NCBI GenBank assembly: GCA_964016885.1
Contig: OZ024742.1
Span: forward strand, 274,660,001 to 274,724,000
DNA length: 64,000 nt
DNA from: Eledone cirrhosa
Taxonomy: Eukaryota
Reading direction: 5' to 3'
Each line of letters starts with the position of its first letter. Within the stretch, counting starts at the first letter, position 1. The notes below the pieces were generated by a model that was not told the DNA's origin, did not search any database, and was given only the letters and a program-made list of their open reading frames with translations. The translations under genes were made by a program, and so were the position numbers. Shown here one piece after another: positions 54,695 to 64,000 of the stretch.

Positions 54695-57600
54695 CTGTCC
54701 TGGGTATGACATTAAACTACATCCAGTGGCAAGGCTCCAGTTCGGGAGTTCAGGAGATGTGGGGAATGTGGAGTTACCCCTTAGTTGTCATGACTCCCAG
54801 GTCTGCCCTGGCCCGGGGTGGTAGTACCTGTTAGGGCTCCATTTATGGGTTAAATAACTACCTTATTCGAGTGGCGCCGGTAAGGTATTGTCAGCCATTG
54901 AAAAGAAATATGGAGAGTCGATCTAACAGCACTAGGGTTAGAGCCCCTAATTACACTGTCAAGGAGCAGCCTGGTCGTTATGACTCTGCTGGCTTAGAGC
55001 CACAGAGAGGGCCAGTGGATGGTGGATCAGCTGTCTCTGAGACAAATATAAAGAATGCAGTTTTGTCCTGCAGAAGAGCCATCAAAATGGGCACTTTGAA
55101 TGTGAGGACTATTCGAACGCTGGAGAGGAGAGAGGAGTTGGGACATCTGTTCGAGGAGAGTGGTATACAGATACTTGCGATCCAAGAACACAGGATTCTA
55201 CACGATGAGCCCGTGAGGAGTGTGATGATCGGGAGGAAGAGCCAGCTCATCACTACATCGGCAGTGAAGAACACAACAAATGCTGCAGTAGGAGGAGTGG
55301 GTTTTGTGTTCAGTGCAAAAACCAATCTGTTGGTGAGGGAAATAATGCCTATCTCCCCGCGAGTGTTGAGGGTGACCTTCAATGGAAACCCAAGACTGAC
55401 AGTCATCTCAGCCTATAGTCCAACCGAGGGGGACAGTGATGTGAATGCCGAGGAGTTCCATGAGGAGGTGTGTGGGGCTGTCAACACCACTCAGGCACAC
55501 AATATCCTGCTTGTTTTGGGGGACTTCAATGCACATCTGAGTAAGGAGGGCAGTGAAGATCCTTGCTGGTACTTCCATAACAACACCAACCGAAATGGAA
55601 GACTACTGAGAGACACCCTGCTGGAGGCGAACTTGATGGCAACCAACCTAAGGTTTAGGAAGAATCTGGGGAAGATGTGGACCTACATCTCAGATATGCA
55701 CCTGTCAAAGTCCCAGATTGATTTCATTCTGGTGAGGAAAAAGTGGCGGAATAGTGTTCTGAACACGGAACCATACAGCTATTTCAGTACACTGGGTAGT
55801 GACCACCGGCTTGTTATGAGTGAGGTCCGCGTGAGCTTAAGAAAGAGCAAGGCTCAGCCCCGGAGAACAATCTATGACTGGGGAGCTTTCAAGGAAGATG
55901 ATAAGCTACAGGAGAGGTTCACAGTGGAAGTGAGAAACAGGTTTAGTGCTCTGTGTGGAGAGTCAGAGGAGAGAGAGATTGGATGGACTGAGGAGAGTGT
56001 GACGAGGAGGTACGGGCACTTCACCAATGCAGTGGCGAAAGCAAGTGAAACCCTGGTGCCGAGGAAAAAGAACAAAGGGAAGCACGTCAGCTCTGCAAAC
56101 CCAAAAGTGTGTGCAGCCAGAGAACACCTGAAAGCTGCCAGGGACCAATTCTATGCTGATCCTACGGAGGAGAGGATGGAGACTGTGGAGGTGATGAGGG
56201 AAGAGCTCTGTACCGCTTACACTGAGGTCAGAGAGGAGGCACTGATAGAGAAGATCAGAAGTGTGGAGAGAGCGGTTGACAGATCTGGATGTAGGGAGAA
56301 CTGGATGATCATCAACGAGATCACAGGGAGGAAGAAAAGGTGTTCGAGTCAGATCCAGGGAACGGGGCCCGAGGATAGGAAGAGGAAATGGCTAAACCAT
56401 TTTAGGACCCTACTAGGAGAGCCACCCTCCACAGCCCAGAGCAGTGGGGAGATCAGGCGGCTCTTTGAGGAACTGGATGTTGAGACAGAGCCCTTCACCA
56501 GAGAGGAGCTTCAGAGAGCCAAGAAGAAGATCAAGGAGGGCAAGGCTCATGGAGAGGATGGAGTGGCATCAGAGGTGATGAAGAGGTGTGATTTTGATGA
56601 TATCATCCTGGGGTTCTGTAACGGGGCACTGGAGAAAGGAGTTGCCCCGAATCAGTGGAGGATCAGTAACATCGTCCCAGTGCCAAAGAAGGGAGATCTC
56701 TCTAACACCAACAACTACCGGGGGATCTCACTGACGTCACTTGTGGCAAAGACCCTCAACAGGATGATTCTTAACAGGATCCAGCCTGAGATGGAGAAGA
56801 AGCTCAGGGACAATCAGAACGGCTTCAGAGAGGGTAGATCAACCACCAGTCACATCCTGATGCTGAGGAGGATATTAGAGGGAGCTAGAGCAAAGTGCCT
56901 TCCTGCGGTCATGGTTTTCATTGACTTTAGGAAGGCCTTTGATTCTGTGGACCGTTACTGCCTGATGAAGATTTTACAGGCTTATGGAATCCCCAAGAGG
57001 ATAGTGGACCTGATATCACTGCTCTACACCAACACCAAAGCCCAAGTCATTACACCTGATGGGATGACAGAGTTCTTTGAGATACTGGCTGGAGTGCTCC
57101 AGGGAGATACATTGGCTCCCTACCTTTTTATCATCGTAGTGGACTATTGTATGCGCCTTGCACTGGAGAAATACCAGGACACTGGCTTTACTGTAGCACC
57201 GGCTCAGAGCAGGAGAGTTGGGGCGAAAAAGGTATCGGATGCTGAATTTGCCGACGACATAGTTTTGGTGACAAATACAGTGAAGGAGGCAGAGGATTTG
57301 ATGCGGGAGGTTGAGACTGTGTCGATGAGTGTGGGGCTGAGAATGAATGAGACTAAAACAAAATATCTGGTGGAGAATGTTGAGAAGCCAGAGGGGATCA
57401 CTAATGTAGGCGGGAAGCCGCTGGAATTGGTTGAGGACTTCCTGTATTTGGGAGCAAAGATTGGGAATACGGAAGATGATGTGGTTGGGAGGAAGAGCAA
57501 GGCCTGGGCGGCGTGTCACAGCTTGAGATCGGTGTGGAAGTCGGACCTTCGTAGAGACCTGAAAATCCGCCTCTTCATTGCTGTAGTGGAGTCTGTGCTG

Positions 57601-58005
57601 CTGTATGGGTCTGAGACTTGGACACTGACCAAGAGACTCACTCAGATGGTGGATGGGTGCTACACGAGAATGCTGAGGATGGCTCTGAACATTAATCAGT
57701 ATACACTGAGGATGAAAAACTCAGAGCTGTATGGGAGCATCCCAAAAGTCAGCTCAAAAGTGACACAGAGGAGACTGAGGTTGGCTGGACATGCTCACCG
57801 ACATCCAGAGTTGACATTGCACTCAGTGCTCCTTTGGGAGCCCCTACATGGACACACTAGAAGAGGAAGACCAAGGTTAACATATGTTGATGCCCTAAGG
57901 ACAGACACTGGTCTGTTGGAGATGCAGGATATGGCAGCGATAATGAGGGACAGAGACCGCTGGAGAGAACTCGTCCATGGATCTCGGGAATTTTACCCGC
58001 CTTAG
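54695..58005 (+). mobile_element. Full-length RTE-clade LINE inserted in (TA)n
   Basis: ~215 nt leader, one open APE-RT ORF, very short 3' end into (ATAG)/(TA)n. Confidence 0.95.
54910..58005 (+). CDS. Intact RTE polyprotein (AP endonuclease plus reverse transcriptase); first ATG at 54910, frame open from 54871
   Basis: GTLNVRT, LAIQEHR, SAYSPT, LGDFNAH, QIDFILV, SDHRLV; NYRGISL, QNGFR, FIDFRKAFDSV, QGDTLAPYLF, FADD, FLYLG, LLYGSETW; no stops. Confidence 0.95.
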   Translation: MESRSNSTRVRAPNYTVKEQPGRYDSAGLEPQRGPVDGGSAVSETNIKNAVLSCRRAIKMGTLNVRTIRTLERREELGHLFEESGIQILAIQEHRILHDEPVRSVMIGRKSQLITTSAVKNTTNAAVGGVGFVFSAKTNLLVREIMPISPRVLRVTFNGNPRLTVISAYSPTEGDSDVNAEEFHEEVCGAVNTTQAHNILLVLGDFNAHLSKEGSEDPCWYFHNNTNRNGRLLRDTLLEANLMATNLRFRKNLGKMWTYISDMHLSKSQIDFILVRKKWRNSVLNTEPYSYFSTLGSDHRLVMSEVRVSLRKSKAQPRRTIYDWGAFKEDDKLQERFTVEVRNRFSALCGESEEREIGWTEESVTRRYGHFTNAVAKASETLVPRKKNKGKHVSSANPKVCAAREHLKAARDQFYADPTEERMETVEVMREELCTAYTEVREEALIEKIRSVERAVDRSGCRENWMIINEITGRKKRCSSQIQGTGPEDRKRKWLNHFRTLLGEPPSTAQSSGEIRRLFEELDVETEPFTREELQRAKKKIKEGKAHGEDGVASEVMKRCDFDDIILGFCNGALEKGVAPNQWRISNIVPVPKKGDLSNTNNYRGISLTSLVAKTLNRMILNRIQPEMEKKLRDNQNGFREGRSTTSHILMLRRILEGARAKCLPAVMVFIDFRKAFDSVDRYCLMKILQAYGIPKRIVDLISLLYTNTKAQVITPDGMTEFFEILAGVLQGDTLAPYLFIIVVDYCMRLALEKYQDTGFTVAPAQSRRVGAKKVSDAEFADDIVLVTNTVKEAEDLMREVETVSMSVGLRMNETKTKYLVENVEKPEGITNVGGKPLELVEDFLYLGAKIGNTEDDVVGRKSKAWAACHSLRSVWKSDLRRDLKIRLFIAVVESVLLYGSETWTLTKRLTQMVDGCYTRMLRMALNINQYTLRMKNSELYGSIPKVSSKVTQRRLRLAGHAHRHPELTLHSVLLWEPLHGHTRRGRPRLTYVDALRTDTGLLEMQDMAAIMRDRDRWRELVHGSREFYPP

Positions 58006-58431
58006 ATAGATAGATATATATATATATATATATAAACTGTTGTTGTGTGTGTGTCCTCATTTTTCAAAGTCTATACGCACTCACACACACACACACGCAC
58101 ACAATCATACATTCTTTCTCTCTCTATCAATGTATATCTCTTTCTTTTACCTCTCTATACAAGTTTGTTTTAAAAAGTTTTCTTTTAATGTAAGTTATAC
58201 AATGTTCTATAATTGAAACAACGCAGCAATACACTTAGAAAACAATGACTTCTAATGACCTTATCTTACATCCCACAATATTATCGGTATTTTCACTGTA
58301 AAGTAAAAAGTAAGAAAGAAAATAAAGGGAAAAGGGAAGGGAAGAATTGACAAATGGCGGTGTTAGGCATTAAGAAATAGAGAAAGAAACATAAATAGAA
58401 AGACAGGAAGACTATGTATGTGAGTGAGTTC

Positions 58432-58432
<1 letters not shown>

Positions 58433-58520
<88 letters not shown>
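58433..58520. repeat. (GA)n microsatellite
   Basis: Direct reading. Confidence 0.97.
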
Positions 58521-58525
<5 letters not shown>

Positions 58526-59436
58526 AGAGAGAAAGGTGGGGGCACAGAAAAAAGAAATAGCTTGAAACATTACTGAGAAATGAAAGGCATTTCAAGAATT
58601 GGCAAGGCAAGCAGTTTGACAAATAAATACATCTACAGATGGATACGTAAACAAAAATAAAGGAAGAAAGAATGTAACAATGGAATTATAAAGTAGGGAA
58701 AACAACGACAATATAGAAATTAAAGAGAATTAAAGTAAGGGAGAAAGAAAGGAAGGTGAAGGAATGAGCATTACTGAACGTCCTCAATTTAGCTGTATAA
58801 TGAAGTATTCAATTGTGTTTCTACTAATCCTGATGGATGAATTGAACTCCTACATATAACGGTATCAACTATCAACATGTCAGGTATACACATACAAAAA
58901 CATGGACACACACACACACGCACGCTCTCACACATGCGTATATATTATATATTCATATAATTATATAAATGAACATGCTCACCTTCTAATATATAAATAC
59001 TCAGAGAAGTTTAGTAAAAGTAAATAATTGAACAGAAATTATTAAAACTATTCCTGATTAACGATGCCTTGTGTATTGGTATAAATGTTCCGGAAGAAAT
59101 GCTTACATTACATCCTGTTCAATTTCTCAGTTACTATAATCAATTTTCATAATCATACTAAACGTATATCAAACACTTGATGCATAATTTTGTGCATACA
59201 CCATTTGTAACATGCACTTAGACGCTCAGGCTAGGGGAGTTATTTGTTGTCTACAATTAAGAAATGTTATTAGCATAAATTCCATACTTATCCGTGGTCG
59301 CTAAATATAACCATATTTATTCCCGGAAAAACAATTAGGGCGTACATCAGGAGTACGTTTAAAGCGTAGAAGGAAAGGTATTCTGTTATTTGTAATAGCA
59401 CTCTGTGGTTAAATTTAAAATGCAACCTAAGTCTCC

Positions 59437-59697
59437 TCAGCTTTTCATTCTTTCTGAATCGAGAAAATAAATGTTTAGAGCTTCAGACGTGTGTAGTTTC
59501 GGTATTTGGACCATTTGCTTTCTGAGTTCAAATTTCCCTTCTGTGTACTTGTATCGTAGAGTTAATCCCTCTTCTATTCTGACAAAATCATCTTGATTTA
59601 TGGCGTCTTTAAATGGGTTCCCACTGTTGCATACATTTGACCCAGGACTTTGCACTGTGGACACCGACTTCTCTCCCCAACACCAGTTCAGGATAAC
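59437..59697 (-). CDS. Probable terminal coding exon of an unidentified host gene (VILNWCWGEKS...IYFLDSERMKS*)
   Basis: Non-repetitive 87-codon frame preceded by a pyrimidine tract and acceptor (ttctctctcgtcatttgtag|G); AATAAA on minus at 59316-59321; no family recognised. Confidence 0.45.
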   Translation of the reverse strand, partial: VILNWCWGEKSVSTVQSPGSNVCNSGNPFKDAINQDDFVRIEEGLTLRYKYTEGKFELRKQMVQIPKLHTSEALNIYFLDSERMKS

Positions 59698-59812
59698 CTA
59701 CAAATGACGAGAGAGAACTACAACTTCCCCGACTAAACAGTAAAAAGAAATCAACTTAATTTCAAACATTATTTCCGTTGAGTAAAGGCAATCATTATTT
59801 TAGTTTAAATAA

Positions 59813-60005
59813 GGGCGGTGGATTGGCAGTATTGGTAAAGGGTCGGACGCCATGCTTTGACGTATAGAGTTACGGCCCTTGCCATTCTGAATTGAAATCC
59901 CGCCAAGGTTAACTTTGCCTTTCATCCTTAAGGGGTCGATAAAATAAAGTACCAGTAATACACTGGTGAATTGCTGGCCTTGTGCCAAACGTAGAAACAA
60001 TTATT
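59813..60005 (+). mobile_element. tRNA-derived SINE
   Basis: ggcggtggattggcagtattgg...gtagaaacaattatt; imperfect TSD attatttt(a/g)gtttaa. Confidence 0.9.
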
Positions 60006-60302
60006 TTGGTTTAACAAAATAAATAAATAAATAAATAAACCATTATTTTGGTTTAAATTTCTATAGTGTGTCCAAGTTATATTTTTGCATATTGTATGAT
60101 AAATCATATATTTACTTTATCTTGCATTTACCGCACTTTTTAATGGAAACTGAAATGCATGCTTATGAACTCTTGTACTGATAAACAAGGTTTCATCTCC
60201 TGACGAAATGAGATAATCTCAAATAAATTAGTCAATGGGCATCAGAAAAGCCTAGTTTTCAAAGGGATCCATGCATAGAATGAATTCATTAATTTGATAA
60301 GT

Positions 60303-60474
60303 GGCGGTGGATTGGCAGTATCGGTAGAGGGACGGACGCCATAGAGTTACGGCTCTTGCCATTCTGAGTTCAAATCCCGCCGAGGTTAACTTTGCCTTTC
60401 ATCCTTACGGGGTCGATAAAAAAAGTACCAGTAATGTACTGGGTATTTCTGGCCTTGTGCCAAAAGTAGAAACA
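60303..60474 (+). mobile_element. tRNA-derived SINE with a 15-bp TSD
   Basis: attaatttgataagt at 60288-60302 and 60475-60489. Confidence 0.92.
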
Positions 60475-61552
60475 ATTAATTTGATAAGTACACGTATAGT
60501 TAAAACCCATTTTAAAGGAAGAAAATATTTACAAATTGCTAACACGCTTATAAGACATGGTGACATACCATGCTACAGTGTATTTTAGAAGTTAGATACC
60601 ACACTGTTTATCTCGCTGTAGGCCTGGCGTAAATGTTTGCTTCAGCAATCCTGTATTTTAACTATCCTTTCCGTATGATCGGTCTTCAATTACATGATCG
60701 TCCATCCATAGAATTCTATTTAAACGACATAGCAATAAGATACATAATTCTTGGGTTATTCGAACAGCAGATACAACAAGTGGAATACTTTATCTATTTC
60801 CTTTCATCTAGATCAATATCGTTTCCTGTACATTTAGTGGTAAACTTTAGTTTCATTAGGAGGTCAAACATTCTATTTTTACGGAAAGTCGTATGCAGTA
60901 ATCATGGAATGTATTTACGAACTATAGATTTGACACGAAAATGTATTTAACTACCGTATCATGAAAGTTGTTCTAGACGGAGGAATATGTTACTTGGATG
61001 GAGGAATTACGTATACAATAAGAGGTACTTGTTATTAAGTGTCAACGCAAACTTCAACCAGTACTTCATTGAAATGTTTGTATGTATGGTGTAAAAGTAC
61101 TGTTATTATCTCATTTTAGGTCGTGCATTGGCTTCAGTTTAACATCTTCCCAAGCTTTGCCAATTTAATTCCTAATAGCTCAAGAGATTTTCGTATATTT
61201 ATTTTATGCTGTGTTAGGAAGCAATCAGATACTTCAATTGTAAGATTTCTTCATCCCGAAGCAGGTGATATCTGCGACGTCATAAAACCTTCTTATGGTA
61301 ATGCATTTGGAGTATTTTAGATTTTGTTTCATGGAATTTTGTCCCTCTGCTCATAACTTCAAAACCTTCGTAACACATGATCAGGTGATTAATCTTATCC
61401 CCCATATTTAACTACATTATGGGAATTTACTTTTATGAAATATAAAAGCAAATTGAAGGCTGTTATGTATTGGAAAGAAACAATGAGGCAGATAGTAGTT
61501 ACGGATAATTTAAAGGGTGAAATGGACTTGGATTTACCAAATTCAACAAATG

Positions 61553-61584
<32 letters not shown>

Positions 61585-61638
61585 TGTCTAAATATATATA
61601 TATGTCTATATACATATATATGTCTATATATATATATA

Positions 61639-61717
<79 letters not shown>

Positions 61718-61847
61718 GTGAGGTTTTTTTACAAAATGAAAAATAACCGAGGTGTCCTACACGAGTGAAAGTATAAAGAAAAAGAGACGAAATCGAAAAT
61801 GCAACTGAAGTCTTATTTTTTTTTTAAATATATATATTTATTTGGTT

Positions 61848-61885
61848 CCTTTACCGGTTTCGCAGTTCTTCTGCTTTTCAAAAGG
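61848..61885 (-). ncRNA. Minimal hammerhead, U3-A8 variant (left arm)
   Basis: Minus strand: cctt-TTGAAAA-gcag(aagaa)ctgc-GAAA-ccgg-TA-aagg. Confidence 0.8.
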
Positions 61886-63136
61886 TGAGTTGAGATGGAG
61901 GGTCTGTGGTTTTTCTCACATCTGGTTGGTCTCTGAATGTTACTTGTTTTATATGGAAAAAGTGGCTCGAAATTCCAGGTTTTTCGAGAAGTAATTTGAT
62001 TGGTTTGTCAATAATTATAATAAATTTCGCGCCAGTTCGCGTTACAATAGTTCTTCAAATAAGAGAGAGGTGGGTTGTCACAGGTTGTTTTTTCATATAT
62101 GAGTGTTTGAATTTCTTTTTACTTGAAAAAAGGAGGCTCACGAAGGCTTTTTTGGGGTTGGTTATAAATGAAATTTGGCTGTCACGTGAACAAGTTTTTA
62201 TTACATTTGTGCGCCCTTATTTGGAAAACTATTCTGTAGTCTTTATAGTGAATGTTATGATAATGGAGAGATAGTGGTCAAGAGAAAAGGGATTGGGAGA
62301 AATGTTCTGGTTCAGTGAATATGGCCAGCTCGCCGGGGTGTCAGAGTTCAGATTTTCTATTGAGACTGAAGATATGTATGTTTATTTGTGTGCTTGTGTG
62401 TGTGTATGTGTGTGTGTGTGTGTGTGTGTATGTGTGTATTGGAAGATGATTCTATTAGTAGAGATGGGGGAGGGAGTTGTGTGTGTATATGGGTGTTATG
62501 TGTGTGTGTGCGAGTATGTTAAGATGGAGAGAATATATATTTTGTGTGTGTGTATATACATATGTGTGTAGGAAAGTGGTTCTATTAGTAGAAATGGGGA
62601 GGGAGTTGTAGGTGTGGGGGTTGTTTTGTGTGTGTATGGGTGTTATGTGTGTGGGAGTATGGTTAGCATGTTAAGATGAAGAGAATATATATATATATAT
62701 ATATTGTGTGTGTATGTGTGTATGTGTGTATGTGTGTGTGTAGGAAAGTGATTCCTTTAGTAGGAATATTTTTGAATGAACATATTTTCCTCACTTTTTC
62801 GTGTTTGCTGTTGTATTGCCAGTGCAAACGTATGTTAAGGTTTATTTAGTTCGGTTTTTTATTTTCTAAAGTAGAAGGTGTTATGTGTGTGTATGTCATA
62901 TTGTGGTGTTGACATAATGTATATTAAACCTTATTTAATGTTGGTCTATATTTTTGAATAAACATATTTTCCTTATTTATTCGCATTTGTATATTCGCAT
63001 TTGTATATTCGCATTTGTATATTCGCATTTATATATTCTCTCCATCTTAACATACTCGCACACACACACATAACACCCATATACACACACACACAACTCC
63101 CTCCCCCATCTCTACTAATAGAATCATCTTCCAATA

Positions 63137-63179
<43 letters not shown>

Positions 63180-63696
63180 ACACACAAGCACACAAATAAA
63201 CATACATATCTTCAGTCTCAATAGAAAATCTGAACTCTGACACCCCGGCGAGCTGGCCATATTCACTGAACCAGAACATTTCTCCCAATCCCTTTTCTCT
63301 TGACCACTATCTCTCCATTGTCATAACATTCATAATAAAGACTACAGAATAGTTTTCCAAATAAGGGCGCAAAAATGTAATAAAAACTTGTTCACGTGAC
63401 AGCCAAATTTCATTTATAACCAACCAAAAAAAAGCCTTCGTGAGCCTCCTTTTTTCAAGTAAAAAGAAATTCAAACACTCATATATGAAAAAACAACCTG
63501 TGACACCCCCCCCCCTCTCTTATTTGAAGAACTATTGTAACGCGAACTGGCGCGAAATTTATTATAATTATTGACAAACCAATCAAATTACTACTCGTAA
63601 AACCTGGAATTTCGAGCCACTTTTTCCATATAAAACAAGTAACATTCAGAGACCAACCAGATGTGAGAAAAACCACAGACCCTCCATCTCAACTCA

Positions 63697-63734
63697 CCTT
63701 TTGAAAAGCAGAAGAACTGCGAAACCGGTAAAGG
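63697..63734 (+). ncRNA. Minimal hammerhead, U3-A8 variant (right arm)
   Basis: cctt-TTGAAAA-gcag(aagaa)ctgc-GAAA-ccgg-TA-aagg. Confidence 0.8.
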
Positions 63735-63833
63735 AACCAAATAAATATATATATTTTTTTTTAAAATAAGACTTCAGTTGCATTTTCGATTTCATCTCTT
63801 TTTCTTTATATATATATAGTTTTAATATAGATG

Positions 63834-63884
63834 AGATTCTACAGGACTAGAACTGTTTCATTCTTTAGAAATCATCAGGAATCT
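63834..63884 (-). ncRNA. Type I hammerhead ribozyme with intact core
   Basis: Minus strand: agattc-CTGATGA-t-ttc(taaa)gaa-t-GAAA-cag(ttctagtc)ctg-TA-gaatct. Confidence 0.85.
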
Positions 63885-64000
63885 GGGTATCAAAAAATAA
63901 GTATGGTATTTATAGGTCTCTACAAGTGGTAGGAGAGGGTGGGGAGTGGGATGGGTGTAGGTCATTGGTTGATAGAAAAGGAAATTCATTAAAAGCTAAT

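Larger units (their letters stand above)
61772..63810. mobile_element. Non-coding element with ~770 bp near-identical inverted arms (61772-62539 / 63030-63810), each carrying an outward-facing hammerhead
   Basis: The arms give matching translations on opposite strands (61906..62274 + vs 63479..63676 -); ~490 bp spacer; TA repeats outside. Confidence 0.88.

Noticed and set aside
58825-60240. CTGATGG (~58830) and CTGACGA (~60200, also ~38331) as hammerhead cores
   Set aside because: No correctly placed GAAA with closing stems
60530-61420. Upstream exon or hAT transposase remnant (PPSRTT, GWT-like words; GTATGT donor near 60570)
   Set aside because: Stops in the candidate frames and motif spacing not convincing

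Overview
Eukaryotic, almost entirely repeat-derived DNA. The dense (TA)n/(CA)n/(TAA)n microsatellites and the SINE/LINE mix suggest a coleoid cephalopod such as Octopus (inference, not proven). Contents: one near-intact L1/Tx1-clade LINE plus about five decayed relatives; six copies of two R4/Dong-like (RT + restriction-like endonuclease) families chained through (TAA)n tracts; one fully open RTE LINE (APE+RT) plus a decayed copy; several Penelope-like (GIY-YIG) remnants; about ten tRNA-derived SINEs; a pogo remnant; and one probable host terminal exon. The least obvious layer is about a dozen type I hammerhead-ribozyme motifs in short islands between (TA)n tracts. They have unrelated but self-complementary stems, and two non-canonical core features recur: a compensated U3-A8 swap (UUGAAAA) and a U.U opposition at 10.1/11.1. 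Candidate pseudoknotted folds also occur at the 5' ends of the Dong-like and RTE elements. All structures and similarities were read by eye and element boundaries are approximate.
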